Translations under genes and position numbers: made by a program
The notes under the pieces: model-generated
Seen by the model: only the letters and a program-made list of their open reading frames with translations
Told to the model about the DNA's origin: nothing
Database searches by the model: none
Shown: positions 50,359-60,013 of the stretch, one piece after another
How positions within the stretch are numbered: position 1 is the stretch's first letter
Layout of the letters: every line of letters starts with the position of its first letter
NCBI GenBank assembly: GCA_963770835.1
Contig: CAVYRH010000004.1
Span: 352,001-416,000, forward strand
DNA: 64,000 bases
Direction of reading: 5' to 3'
DNA from: an uncultured Pseudomonadota bacterium
GTDB lineage: Bacteria > Oederibacteriota > Muellerivitia > Muellerivitales > Muellerivitaceae

Positions 50359-51539
50359 TAAATTGATTTTTCCGTGGTTGTCCCCCCGATTGCGGCGGCT
50401 TCGACTATGGCCTTTTCGGCCAAGGAGGTTTGTTCCACCGGCAGGACGGCGTTGGGGCTGCGATTGGGCACCTTCCAGACACCCGGAATGGGGGTTTTGC
50501 ATTTCGGGCAGAGGCCGTTGGGCCCCAATTTGTTTTGATAAACCCGAAAACCATAGCGTTCAATGAGCAGTTCGTCGCAGGAGGGGCAATAGGTGTTTTC
50601 GGTAGTTCCCACCTCGCCGGGGCGGTTGCCGGAATACACGTAACGCAAGCCCGCTTCCTTTCCGATTTGATATCCCCGGTTCAATTGTTCCGGACGGGTA
50701 TCGGGGGTGTCCATCATCTTGTAATCGGAATGGAAGGCCGTGATGTGCCAGGGGATGTCGCGATCGACCGAGGCGATGAACTTGGCGATGCCCTTGAGCT
50801 CCGCCTCGCTGTCGTTAAAACCGGGGATCAACAAGGTGACGATTTCCAGCCAGAAGCCCATGGCCTTCAACCGCTCGATGGATTCCAGCACCGGCTTCAA
50901 GGTTCCGCCCATGGTGGAGCGGTAATGCTTGTCGTTGAAGCCCTTCAAATCCACCTTGTACAGGTCCACCCAAGGCCTAATAAATTCCAACACTTCCTTG
51001 GTGGCATTGCCATTGGAAACATAGGAAGTCAGGAGGCCCTTCTTCCGGGCTTCCCGGAAGACTTCGACGGACCATTCACTGGTGATCAAGGGTTCGTTAT
51101 AGGTCGAGGTGACGGTGGGGCATTTATATTGGAGGGCCAATTGCACGATACCCGCCGCGGTCATGTCCTGCGGATAGGCCCCCGCTTCCTCCGAAGCCGG
51201 GTCGTGGAGCGCCTGGCTGGTGATCCAGTTCTGGCAATAGTGGCAATGGTAGTCGCAACCCAGCATTCCATAGGAAAAAGCCTGGGTACCGGGCAGGGCG
51301 TGGAAGAAGGGCTTCTTCTCGATGGGGTCCACCTGAAGGGCCCCCACGTAGTTGCGGGGAACCCTCAAAAACCCGCCCTCGTTGTAACGGACCTTGCAGA
51401 TGCCCTTTTTGCCTTCCGGTATGCGGCAGCGATGGGCGCAGGCGTAGCAGTGCACCCGGTTGTCCGGCAGTTTTTCGTAAAGTTTTCCCCCGGTGGTCCG
51501 CTCCGAGAGCAGTTGTTCGAGCGTCAATACTTCGGTCAT
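50358..51539 (-). CDS. amrS: AmmeMemoRadiSam system radical SAM enzyme
   Basis: N-terminal C..C...C.I..G..G.C.VR; DPIEKKP.FH; CDYHCHYCQNW; TYNEP; C-terminal CPSC/CPKC. Confidence 0.92.
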   Translation of the reverse strand: MTEVLTLEQLLSERTTGGKLYEKLPDNRVHCYACAHRCRIPEGKKGICKVRYNEGGFLRVPRNYVGALQVDPIEKKPFFHALPGTQAFSYGMLGCDYHCHYCQNWITSQALHDPASEEAGAYPQDMTAAGIVQLALQYKCPTVTSTYNEPLITSEWSVEVFREARKKGLLTSYVSNGNATKEVLEFIRPWVDLYKVDLKGFNDKHYRSTMGGTLKPVLESIERLKAMGFWLEIVTLLIPGFNDSEAELKGIAKFIASVDRDIPWHITAFHSDYKMMDTPDTRPEQLNRGYQIGKEAGLRYVYSGNRPGEVGTTENTYCPSCDELLIERYGFRVYQNKLGPNGLCPKCKTPIPGVWKVPNRSPNAVLPVEQTSLAEKAIVEAAAIGGTTTEKSI

Positions 51540-51643
51540 AACGATCCTTTCATCTCCATCTTAAGACGGGTTTCAGGGCAAAAACAGGTTCGCCGCGGTT
51601 TAAAAAAAGGTAAAATGACGTTCCTTTCCATGAAGGAGCCCAA

Positions 51644-53050
51644 ATGGCACACCCTGAACCTTCCAAATTCAAATCTTCAAAAGAAAATCTCCCCCCAAAA
51701 GCTTCCTTAGCCGCGAAGCGGGCGCTGGAATCCATGGACTCCCTCTTTCTCCTGGCGGAGGTTTTCCGGGACGAGGCGGGCCTGCGGTTCGTCCGGCTCC
51801 TCAAATGGCTGGCGAAAAAAGACGCGGAAACGCCGAAGGGGATCAAACGCTACGGCGCGTTCTGGCGGTCGCTGGTGGAACAACAGGAATTCGCCCCGCA
51901 TCCCCGGGTGGGGACCATCCTGCAGGATTATTTCCTGGAGCGCCTTTTGGAGGACGGCAACCCCCTCCACCGCAAGGCCGAATTGGCGTCCCTTTCCGAA
52001 ATCAGCCCTTCCCTCCATCAAAGCTATATGAGGGAATTGGACGCCGTCCAAAAGATCCTGAAGGTGGATTGGGAGGCTGAATTCCTGAAAAAATCCGGTT
52101 TGCTGGGCAAGGGGGAAGCCCCCTCCCTGGAAGGCGTTGTGTTACCCAAGCGGGGGAAAGTGATTTCCCCCGCCGCAGAAGCCCGCCGGAAGATCAAGGC
52201 GGAGATTCTTTCCTCAAACCGGGGGAACCCCCTCCTGGCCAACTTGGCGGAGTATTTTCATCGGAACGGTTGGGGCTTGTTTGGCCGTTACCGTGCCTTT
52301 CGTTGGCAGGTGGACGAGAAGGGGAAAGGCCGCTTAGTAGGAGTGGAGGCGGTGGACCCCATCCGCCTGGAGAACCTCATCGGGTACGACGAACAACGCC
52401 AGCCCTTGATCGAGAATATTAAAGCTTTCGTGGCCGGCAAGGGGGCCAACAACGCCCTTCTTTATGGGGAAAGGGGAACCGGAAAATCCTCCACCGTAAA
52501 AGCCCTTTTGAACGCCTACCAGGGCAGGGGTTTGAGGCTGGTGGAAGTGCACCCTTCCCATTTGAACGAGTACCAGGAAATCCTGCCCTTCCTCCGGGGC
52601 CGCCCGGAGAAGTTCATCCTCTTCGTGGACGACCTCTCCTTCGAGGAGAACGAGACTTCCTATAAAGGGCTGAAGGCCCTTTTGGAAGGCGCGGTGGAGG
52701 CCACCCCCAAGAACGTCATCCTCATCGCCACCTCCAACCGGCGGCACTTGATACGGGAGTTTTTCGACGACCGGAAGGGAGGAGTCCAGCAGGGAGGGGA
52801 AATCCACGGGGCGGACACGGTGGAGGAAAAACTATCCCTTTCCGATCGATTCGGCCTGGTCATTTCCTTTTACGCGCCTTCCCAGGAAACTTACCTCAAG
52901 ATGGTGGAAAGCTGGGCCAAGGCCGAAGGGATTAAGATGCCGCCCGTCGAATTGCACGCCCGGGCCCTGCAATGGGAGAAGGCTAACAATGTCCGCTCGG
53001 GCCGCACGGCAAGACAGTTTATAAATGATTTAAAAGGCAAAGTCGATTGA
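51644..53050 (+). CDS. DUF815-family AAA+ ATPase
   Basis: LLYGERGTGKSS, FVDDLSFE, ATSNRRHL, EEKLSLSDRFGL, RSGRTARQF. Confidence 0.92.
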   Translation: MAHPEPSKFKSSKENLPPKASLAAKRALESMDSLFLLAEVFRDEAGLRFVRLLKWLAKKDAETPKGIKRYGAFWRSLVEQQEFAPHPRVGTILQDYFLERLLEDGNPLHRKAELASLSEISPSLHQSYMRELDAVQKILKVDWEAEFLKKSGLLGKGEAPSLEGVVLPKRGKVISPAAEARRKIKAEILSSNRGNPLLANLAEYFHRNGWGLFGRYRAFRWQVDEKGKGRLVGVEAVDPIRLENLIGYDEQRQPLIENIKAFVAGKGANNALLYGERGTGKSSTVKALLNAYQGRGLRLVEVHPSHLNEYQEILPFLRGRPEKFILFVDDLSFEENETSYKGLKALLEGAVEATPKNVILIATSNRRHLIREFFDDRKGGVQQGGEIHGADTVEEKLSLSDRFGLVISFYAPSQETYLKMVESWAKAEGIKMPPVELHARALQWEKANNVRSGRTARQFINDLKGKVD

Positions 53051-53113
53051 ACCACCAAGGCACGCGCCCTGAAGCTACAAACCAGCTTCGAAGCACGAAG
53101 GGCACCAAGAAAG
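53051..53113. repeat. accaccaag-family repeat arm
   Basis: 62/63 identical to the reverse complement of 24954-25016. Confidence 0.82.
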
Positions 53114-53121
53114 ACGAAAGC

Positions 53122-53196
53122 ATGAGTTTTGAGGACGTCGATAAGGAACTGGATGAAACTGCAAGCCAAGTCGTGGATGCGGTTTTTAAAATCCTT
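53122..53196 (+). pseudogene. N-terminal remnant resembling a GxxExxY protein
   Basis: MSFEDVDKELDETASQVVDAVFKI resembles the helix preceding H..LGPGLLE..Y; breaks off at the RBS of the next gene. Confidence 0.5.
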
Positions 53197-53207
53197 TGGA
53201 GGTTTGA

Positions 53208-53684
53208 ATGCCGGTTGACCTTTCTGTTTTCAAAGATGCCGCGCCTTACCGGGGCCTGAAGGAGCCGGATTGGAAGGCCCTTTCGGAACTCCTCAAGGAA
53301 GTCCCCCTGAAAACCGGCATACCGGTCTTCAAAGAGAACGACCCGGGGGACGGGTTCTATTGGGTGAGATCGGGAAAGGTCCGCATCAGCCGCCAGGTGA
53401 CGCCGGAAGGGCGCCGGGCAAAACAGGAACAATTGTTGACGGTCCTCACCGCCGGGCAGATCTTCGGCGAAATGGCCCTGGTGGACGGCGAACCCCGTTC
53501 GGCGGACGCCCTGGCGGACAGCGATACCGTTCTTTTTTTCCTTTCCCACGCGGATTACGAGAAACTCAAGCTGAACCAGCCGGCCACCGCCCTGCGCATC
53601 CAGGACATGGTGGTAGTGACCCTTTGTTCCCGCATCCGGGAAGCCAACCGGGCCTTCGAGACCATCCGGTTTTGGTGCACATGA
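53208..53684 (+). CDS. Stand-alone cyclic-nucleotide-binding domain protein
   Basis: VFKENDPGD.FY.V.SG.V, FGEMAL....PRSA. Confidence 0.9.
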   Translation: MPVDLSVFKDAAPYRGLKEPDWKALSELLKEVPLKTGIPVFKENDPGDGFYWVRSGKVRISRQVTPEGRRAKQEQLLTVLTAGQIFGEMALVDGEPRSADALADSDTVLFFLSHADYEKLKLNQPATALRIQDMVVVTLCSRIREANRAFETIRFWCT

Positions 53685-54688
53685 AAGGCAGCCGACAGTT
53701 GACAGCTCACAGTTCACAGCTTCGGTTTACGCGGCTATCCGCCCTTTTATGGGGTTTGGCGGCGTTTATTCTCAATGGCGGGGTGGATTCACAAACAACA
53801 CCACTTCCCACCAAGGAAACGGCTCCTAAATCCTCCTTTCCCACCGTGATTCTTTGCGGGAAAAAGCACAATACCCTCTTCTGTGTCCGACATAACAAGG
53901 CCTATTGGGACTACGATTTCGACGGCCCCCTCCTGGACATCGAAACCCTCCCCAATGACTACCTCGTCACCGGAGGGTCCCAACAGGTTTCCCTTTTGAA
54001 AAAGGAGTGGAAAGGCTGTGACCCGGTTTGGGATTGGAGCGAAATTTCAGGCGTTTCGGTGGTCAGCGCGGTCGTGGAGGACTGGGACGAGAATGAAAAC
54101 CCCTCCCTTATCCTTGCCGCCGATTCGCTCAATCAGCGCCTTTTTCTGGCGGACGCCAAATCCCGCAACCAAAAGATCCGGTGGGAATTCAAACTGGCTG
54201 CCCCGCCGTTACGGGTCCACCTTTGCACGGATAGCGGCAATTTCCTGGTTATCCTCAAGGATTCCACGGTCGAGGAAGTTTTCTTCCAAGAAGACAAGAT
54301 CATCTGGCAGTTGGGCAAGGAGGAGGGACTCACGGACGTCCGGGACGCCGTGCGCGACCCCTGGGCCAACACTTACGTGGCCGATGCCGCCACGGGGGAT
54401 GTGATCTGCCTTGGCCCCCAAAAACAGTTGAACTGGAAGACCCACCTCCCCTTCGCGCCCGGCGCTTTCGAGGAGATGTCCCTGGCCCTTTTCCAGGAGA
54501 ACCACAAGCGCATGGTGATGGCGGCGGTGCATTTTTCCGGGACCGGCCCCGAATCCAGGAATGTGATCTATCTATTGAACGCGGAAACGGGCAAGGTGAC
54601 CGCTTGGAATGACCATGACGACAAAGGAGGATATCCGGCTTTCCTGAAGGCAGTGCCGGACAAAGCGGAGTATTACAAGAAACAATGA
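53681..54688 (+). CDS. Exported hypothetical protein, probable beta-propeller
   Basis: ATGA overlap with the previous gene; hydrophobic N-terminal segment; repeated W-terminated strands. Confidence 0.68.
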   Translation: MKGSRQLTAHSSQLRFTRLSALLWGLAAFILNGGVDSQTTPLPTKETAPKSSFPTVILCGKKHNTLFCVRHNKAYWDYDFDGPLLDIETLPNDYLVTGGSQQVSLLKKEWKGCDPVWDWSEISGVSVVSAVVEDWDENENPSLILAADSLNQRLFLADAKSRNQKIRWEFKLAAPPLRVHLCTDSGNFLVILKDSTVEEVFFQEDKIIWQLGKEEGLTDVRDAVRDPWANTYVADAATGDVICLGPQKQLNWKTHLPFAPGAFEEMSLALFQENHKRMVMAAVHFSGTGPESRNVIYLLNAETGKVTAWNDHDDKGGYPAFLKAVPDKAEYYKKQ

Positions 54689-54696
54689 ATCATTTA

Positions 54697-54807
54697 AACC
54701 ACCAAGGTCACCAAGCTCACCAAGAAAGGCCAAAGAGAATTCTTATGAAAAAGTTTAAAGATGTTTGGTTCAATTTTTTCTTGGTGACCTTGGTGGTCTT
54801 GGTGGTT
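54697..54807. repeat. Palindromic accaccaag-family element overlapping the 5' end of the lyase gene
   Basis: aaccaccaaggtcaccaagctcaccaag ... cttggtgaccttggtggtcttggtggtt. Confidence 0.82.
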
Positions 54808-55875
54808 CAAAGGGCTTTCGCAGGCGTTGTCTCCTTGACGGATGCGGAAATCCCCAAGCTCCGGGCCTTGGTAAAGTCATACCCCGAGGCGGGAATATGG
54901 GCGGAAACCATCGAAGGGCAGGCGAAGGAAGCCCTGGGGCAATCCCCCAAACCCATCGTCCAAATTCAAACCGCAGGCAAGCTGAAGGGAAGCGCCGAAA
55001 AAACGGAAACCGAGGAAACCTTGAAGGACATGCCCCGGATGAAGGCGCTGGGCTTGGCCTATGCCCTGACCGGGGAAGAGGCTTACCGGCAAAAGGCGGA
55101 GGCTTTCGTCCTGGCCTGGGCCAAGACCTGCCAGCCGCCGGAAAACCCCATCGACGGCACAAACCTGGAGCCTCTTTTAGAAACCTATGACTTGATCCGC
55201 CCTTCCATGCCGGCCGCCGACCAAAAAACAGTGGACGATTGGGTGAGGTCCCTGGCCCAAACCTTGCTGGCCTCCGATGAGACTTCCAAAAAAACCTATT
55301 GGAACAATTGGAAATCCCACCGGTTGAAAATCGTGGCCATGGCCGCTTTCCTGTTGAATGACGCGGGGTTGGAGAAGCAGGCGTTGGACACCCTGAAAAC
55401 CCTGCTCGGGAAAAACCTCAATCCCGATGGGACCACCCTGGATTTCCTGGAGAGAGACGCCCTTCATTACCAGGTTTATGATTTGGAACCCCTTCTCTGC
55501 ACGGCCATGCTTTACCAAAGGGCGGGGATGTACAACCTTTATGATTGGAAGACGGACCAAGGTGCCTCCATCCGCGAATGCGTTGCTTTCGTCATTCCTT
55601 TCGCTAAGGGTGAAAAGACCCACGCCGAATACGTCCACACCACCGTGAAATTCGACCTCCAGCGCGCCGAGAACAACGAAAAGGGGCATGCTATCGGGGC
55701 TAATTTTGAGCCGAAAGCGGCCGTTCACTGCCTGGAACTCGCGCAATTCTTCAAGCCGGACCTCAAAGAGCTGGTGGGGAGCCTGGAGAATAAACCAGAC
55801 GCGGCTTATCCCACCCTGCAGATTCTCATGAATGAAGTCACCCGCCCGGCCGTGCCTGTTTCTGGAGCTAAATAA
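54745..55875 (+). CDS. Alginate-lyase-family (alpha/alpha toroid) secreted protein
   Basis: Signal peptide; LAY.LTG...Y...A..F..AW, NNW.SH, RD..HY..Y.L.PL; alternative start at 54685. Confidence 0.75.
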   Translation: MKKFKDVWFNFFLVTLVVLVVQRAFAGVVSLTDAEIPKLRALVKSYPEAGIWAETIEGQAKEALGQSPKPIVQIQTAGKLKGSAEKTETEETLKDMPRMKALGLAYALTGEEAYRQKAEAFVLAWAKTCQPPENPIDGTNLEPLLETYDLIRPSMPAADQKTVDDWVRSLAQTLLASDETSKKTYWNNWKSHRLKIVAMAAFLLNDAGLEKQALDTLKTLLGKNLNPDGTTLDFLERDALHYQVYDLEPLLCTAMLYQRAGMYNLYDWKTDQGASIRECVAFVIPFAKGEKTHAEYVHTTVKFDLQRAENNEKGHAIGANFEPKAAVHCLELAQFFKPDLKELVGSLENKPDAAYPTLQILMNEVTRPAVPVSGAK

Positions 55876-55946
55876 GGTAATTCATTCGATTTTCTTTAAC
55901 GGATTTTAAACAGGATCAAACTGCGAAAGTTGATACAATCCCGGCC

Positions 55947-58004
55947 ATGTATATCCAAAGCCGGTTCCCTTTTCTCCAACGCAGCGCCCTCGTCATCCTT
56001 TTTTTAGGTCTGCACGCTTTTTCGGCCAGGGCCCAAAACACCATGATCCTTTCCCATAATGACATTTCCCGCACCGGATGGAATCCCAACGAAACCTACC
56101 TGGCTCCCTCCAACGTCAACACCGCCGCGGATTTCGGCAAGCTTTTTAGCCAGCCCGTCGATGGGCAGGTTTTTACCCAGCCCCTCTACGTGCCCAACCT
56201 GTCCATCGCGGGCGGTACCCACAACGTGGTTTTCATCGCCACGGAACATGAAAGCGTCTATGCCTTCGACGCCGATGCCAGCCAGGCGCCTTTGTGGCAG
56301 GTGAATTTCGGGGGCGTGGTGGGAGGCACCACCGTCTCCAGCGTGCCTTACGCCGAAACCGCCTCCTGCAACGACATCGGCACGGAATTCGGCATCACGG
56401 GAACACCCGCCATCGATCTTTCGACCAACACCCTTTATGTGACCGCCGAAACCAAGGAAGTCGCCGCCGGGCCCGTCACCAACTACGTGCACCGCCTGCA
56501 TGCCCTGAACCTTTCGACGGGGGCCGAGAAATTCGGGGGCCCGGTCACCATCCAGGCGGCGGTGACGGTCAACGGGTCCATCGCCACCTTCAACGCCCCT
56601 CAGCAGCTCAACCGACCGGGGCTGGTTTTGTCCAACGGGATTGTTTACAGCTTTTGGGGTTCCCATTGCGACGACGGGCTCTATTACGGCTGGGTCCTGG
56701 GCTACAGCGCCTCCAACCTGTCCCTCCAGAAGGTCTTCAACGCCGCGCCCGTTTCCCAAAGCGGCGCCATTTGGGCCTGCGGGGAGGCCCCGCCGATCGA
56801 CTCGAACGGGAACTTCTACCTGACCACCGCCAACGGGTCCTTTGACGTCAACACGGGCGGGGTGGATTACTGCGACAGCGTGATCAAGCTCTCATCCTCC
56901 TCCATGGCCGTGGGGGATTATTTCACCCCCGCCGACCAGGCCTTCCTGGACGACAACGACGAGGATTTCGGCGCGGTGGGCGCCGTGCTCCTGCCCGGTT
57001 CCTTCGGCAGTGCGGCCCATCCGCGACTTTTGACCTGCGGCGACAAGACCGGCGTCATCTACCTGCTGGACATGAACAACCTGGGCGGCTACCTCAACGG
57101 CGCCGGGGGAACCGATGCGGTGGTGCAGGAATTCCAGGGCGCATCCACCACCATCACCTCGGGCTACACCATACCCTCCTGCTATAACGGCACCGTTTAC
57201 TGGGGATTCGTAGGCGACCCCATCCGGGCCTATAACTTCGTGAACGGCCAATATCCCGCCACGGCCAACTCCCTCACCCCCGAAAGCTATGATTTCCCGG
57301 GCGCAATGCCCAGCGTTTCCTCCAACGGCAACACCAACGGCATCCTCTGGGCCATCCAGCCGGGGACCACGGCCACGCTTATCGCCTATGACGCCACCAA
57401 CCTGGCCAATGAACTATACAATTCCAACAATGTGGCGGCGGACGGTATTACCTTCGCCAACAATAAATTCACCCCGCCAACCATCATCAACGGCAAGGTC
57501 TACGTGGCCACCTCGGGGAGCATGGAGGTATTCGGCCTGAAGATCACCGTCACGCCTTTCCCCACGCCTTCCGGGACCCAGACCCCCACGAAGACCCCGA
57601 CTTCTACCCCTTCTCCTACGGTGACTTCAACGGCGACCTCCACGGCTACTTTTACGCCGGCGATCACTTTCACACCCACCCTTACGGGCACCGCAACCAT
57701 CAGTCCCACTCCAACCGCTACGCTCCCACCCGGGTCCGGGCCGGTGATTGCCGTACCTAATATCTTGAAGGATGGACAAACGGTTGCTACCTTCAGGGTG
57801 CCCGAATCCGGGGCCAGTTTGGAAGTCTCCATCTATGATATTGACGGTGAAAAACTGGTGGAGGGCCAGGGGGCGCCGGGCTCCAGCCTTTGTTACTGGA
57901 ACTCCGCGGGTTCAGCCAGCGGGCTTTACCTTGCCCGGGTGAAGGTGACCGACGCGGATGGAAACACCCGCTCGCAGAGCCTCAAGCTGGTTGTTCTCCA
58001 TTAA
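55947..58004 (+). CDS. Secreted PQQ-like beta-propeller protein with Thr/Pro linker and C-terminal sorting-like domain
   Basis: HND..RTG.N..E..L.P.NV, VDG....QPL, GI.GTP.ID, NRPGL, F.PP.I.NGKVYV; SGLY.ARV...KLVVLH tail. Confidence 0.85.
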   Translation: MYIQSRFPFLQRSALVILFLGLHAFSARAQNTMILSHNDISRTGWNPNETYLAPSNVNTAADFGKLFSQPVDGQVFTQPLYVPNLSIAGGTHNVVFIATEHESVYAFDADASQAPLWQVNFGGVVGGTTVSSVPYAETASCNDIGTEFGITGTPAIDLSTNTLYVTAETKEVAAGPVTNYVHRLHALNLSTGAEKFGGPVTIQAAVTVNGSIATFNAPQQLNRPGLVLSNGIVYSFWGSHCDDGLYYGWVLGYSASNLSLQKVFNAAPVSQSGAIWACGEAPPIDSNGNFYLTTANGSFDVNTGGVDYCDSVIKLSSSSMAVGDYFTPADQAFLDDNDEDFGAVGAVLLPGSFGSAAHPRLLTCGDKTGVIYLLDMNNLGGYLNGAGGTDAVVQEFQGASTTITSGYTIPSCYNGTVYWGFVGDPIRAYNFVNGQYPATANSLTPESYDFPGAMPSVSSNGNTNGILWAIQPGTTATLIAYDATNLANELYNSNNVAADGITFANNKFTPPTIINGKVYVATSGSMEVFGLKITVTPFPTPSGTQTPTKTPTSTPSPTVTSTATSTATFTPAITFTPTLTGTATISPTPTATLPPGSGPVIAVPNILKDGQTVATFRVPESGASLEVSIYDIDGEKLVEGQGAPGSSLCYWNSAGSASGLYLARVKVTDADGNTRSQSLKLVVLH

Positions 58005-58027
58005 ACGCCGAGGAAAGCCGGTATTTC

Positions 58028-58783
58028 TTGTTCCCGTTGAAAATCATCGAACAACTTTTGAAGACCCGCAAAGTGGCCGTCCTGACCGGCGCGGGCATCT
58101 CCGCTGAATCAGGCATTTCCACCTTCCGGGGCACGGATGGCCTCTGGGACAAGATGGATCCCATGAAAGTCGCCACCCCGCAGGGGTTCGCAGGGGACCC
58201 CAAGGGGGTTTGGGAATGGTACGAAGCCCGGCGGCGCCAGATCGCCGCAGCGGAACCCAACCGGGGCCACGAAGTGATCGCCTGGATGGAGGATTTTTTC
58301 CCCCAAGTCACCCTGGTCACCCAAAACATCGATCGGCTGCACCAAAAGGCGGGGAGCCGCAATCCTATTGAACTTCACGGAAGCTTGTGGATGGTGCGTT
58401 GCACCGGGCAGCCTTCCTGCGGCGAGTGGGAGGAACGGCATGAGCTGGTGAACCTGCCCCCGAAGTGTCCCCAGTGCGGCGCTTTGCTGAGGCCCGCAGT
58501 GGTCTGGTTCGGGGAGCCCCTGCCCTTCCTGCCTTGGGACCAGGCCGAGAAAGCCGCCAAGGAATGCGACGCCTTTTTCATCATCGGCACCTCGGCCCTG
58601 GTTTATCCCGCCGCCATGCTTCCGGAGTACCCCCTGGACCAAGGGAAACTGGTCATTGAGATCAACCCGGAGGAAACGCCCCTTTCCGGACGGGCCACCC
58701 TTTCCCTGCGTTCCAAGGCCGGGGAGGCGTTAGAATCGTTGCGGGAGGCTTTGATTGATGAAAGGCCGGAATCCAACCTGTAA
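58028..58783 (+). CDS. cobB: NAD-dependent protein deacylase (Sir2/CobB)
   Basis: TGAGISAESGI.TFRG, WY..RR, TQNID.LH..AG, LHG, RP.VVWFGE, GTS..VYPAA; TTG start inferred. Confidence 0.92.
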   Translation: MFPLKIIEQLLKTRKVAVLTGAGISAESGISTFRGTDGLWDKMDPMKVATPQGFAGDPKGVWEWYEARRRQIAAAEPNRGHEVIAWMEDFFPQVTLVTQNIDRLHQKAGSRNPIELHGSLWMVRCTGQPSCGEWEERHELVNLPPKCPQCGALLRPAVVWFGEPLPFLPWDQAEKAAKECDAFFIIGTSALVYPAAMLPEYPLDQGKLVIEINPEETPLSGRATLSLRSKAGEALESLREALIDERPESNL

Positions 58784-59480
58784 AAATCATCCGGGACGGA
58801 AGATCCTGGGTTCCTGTCATGCCTGCCGGGATTGGTTTTGCCACGAGTGTCTCTTGGAAGGTCCTGAATATTATTATTGTAAAAAAGAAAAATGCCATCG
58901 TGCCTTTCAAAAAGAGACGAAGTTCACTATTAAACCTCAAACACTCAACTGCCCCTCTTGCCTTAAAAGCGCCAAAAGAAATCCCAGGTTTTGTCCCAGC
59001 TGTGGCTACCGGTTAAAGCCGGTTGCGGAAGACGAAATGGACGATTTAGTCACTATCGCCCGTTATGGAACAGCGCTCGAAGCCCATCTTGCCAGGACCA
59101 AATTGGAATCAGAAAATATAGAATCCTATGTGGCTGATGAACACATCATTTCATTGTTCCCGACCCGGGATATCGGCTGGGGCGGAGTGAAGTTAAAAAC
59201 GAAAAAATCGGAAGCTGAGCTCGCGCTTCGGATTTTTCACAATCCGAAAGAAGGTTCCGTTTGGGTGATGCATCCTATAGCCGCGGCTGTTTACGGATTT
59301 CCTGACTTCTTCGGCTTCCTATTGCTGATCGTCTTAACGCCTTTTGCATTTTTGCTTCAATTGATTTTGAAATTTGGTTGGAAGTTTATAAAACTTGCCA
59401 GAAAACCCCAGGCTTTTAAGCCTGGGGATGAATGGCTGCCCGGAGGCCCGACAGGTTTTTTGTCGGGCCGCAGGCCATAA
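58755..59480 (+). CDS. B-box/zinc-ribbon plus DUF2007-like membrane protein; C-terminus altered by IS insertion
   Basis: CKNHP......C..C...FC.EC, CPSC..FCPSCG, EAHLA..KLESE.I; last ~30 codons lie within the IS left end. Confidence 0.75.
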   Translation: MMKGRNPTCKNHPGRKILGSCHACRDWFCHECLLEGPEYYYCKKEKCHRAFQKETKFTIKPQTLNCPSCLKSAKRNPRFCPSCGYRLKPVAEDEMDDLVTIARYGTALEAHLARTKLESENIESYVADEHIISLFPTRDIGWGGVKLKTKKSEAELALRIFHNPKEGSVWVMHPIAAAVYGFPDFFGFLLLIVLTPFAFLLQLILKFGWKFIKLARKPQAFKPGDEWLPGGPTGFLSGRRP

Positions 59481-59952
59481 AATATGGCATGCTTTGGTCA
59501 TGTCAAAATACTGGGTAGGGGCACACACCAAGCACCGTCTGCAATTTCATCTCGTTTGGATACCGAAGTACCGGAAGCGAGTCTTGGATAGCAAAATAGC
59601 CGTCCGCCTGCAGGAGCTGTTTAAAGAGGCGGCCCAAGTAAACCGATGGGAAATCCACGAGTTAAATATTCAACGAGATCACGTGCATATGCTGATCCAG
59701 GTTGAGCCAAGGGTGAGTGTAGCCAAAGTAGTACAGATTCTAAAAGGTGGGACAAGTATCAAGATAAGGGAAGAATTTCCAGCTTTGCAGGAGTTCCTTT
59801 GGGGCGATAGTTTTTGGGCGGACGGGTATTTTGCGGAAAGTATAGGTACGGTGCAGGAAGAAATGATTCGCAAGTATATCCGGGAGCAACAGCATGACCA
59901 AAGTATGCTGAAAGGCTGAAACCCCGGGCTTTAGCCCGGGGAGTAGCTTCAT
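59390..59952 (+). mobile_element. IS200/IS605-family element, TnpA only
   Basis: Subterminal hairpins CCCCAGGCTT-tt-AAGCCTGGGG (59406-27) and CCCCGGGCT-tt-AGCCCGGGG (59922-41); ends inferred (after TTTAT; ...TTCAT). Confidence 0.8.
59500..59919 (+). CDS. tnpA: IS200/IS605 Y1 (HUH) transposase
   Basis: H.VWIPKYR, DHVH, LKG.TS, FW..GYF, YI.EQ. Confidence 0.95.
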   Translation: MSKYWVGAHTKHRLQFHLVWIPKYRKRVLDSKIAVRLQELFKEAAQVNRWEIHELNIQRDHVHMLIQVEPRVSVAKVVQILKGGTSIKIREEFPALQEFLWGDSFWADGYFAESIGTVQEEMIRKYIREQQHDQSMLKG

Positions 59953-60013
59953 TTTGTAATGTTTGGAAGGGGCTCTGGGTAAAAAACGGAGAATTATTGA
60001 GAGGATACCATTG

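Noticed and set aside
46316..58783. Macro domain plus sirtuin as a defence or ADP-ribosylation system
   Set aside because: About 11 kb apart, in separate operons; both look like ordinary housekeeping YmdB-like and CobB proteins
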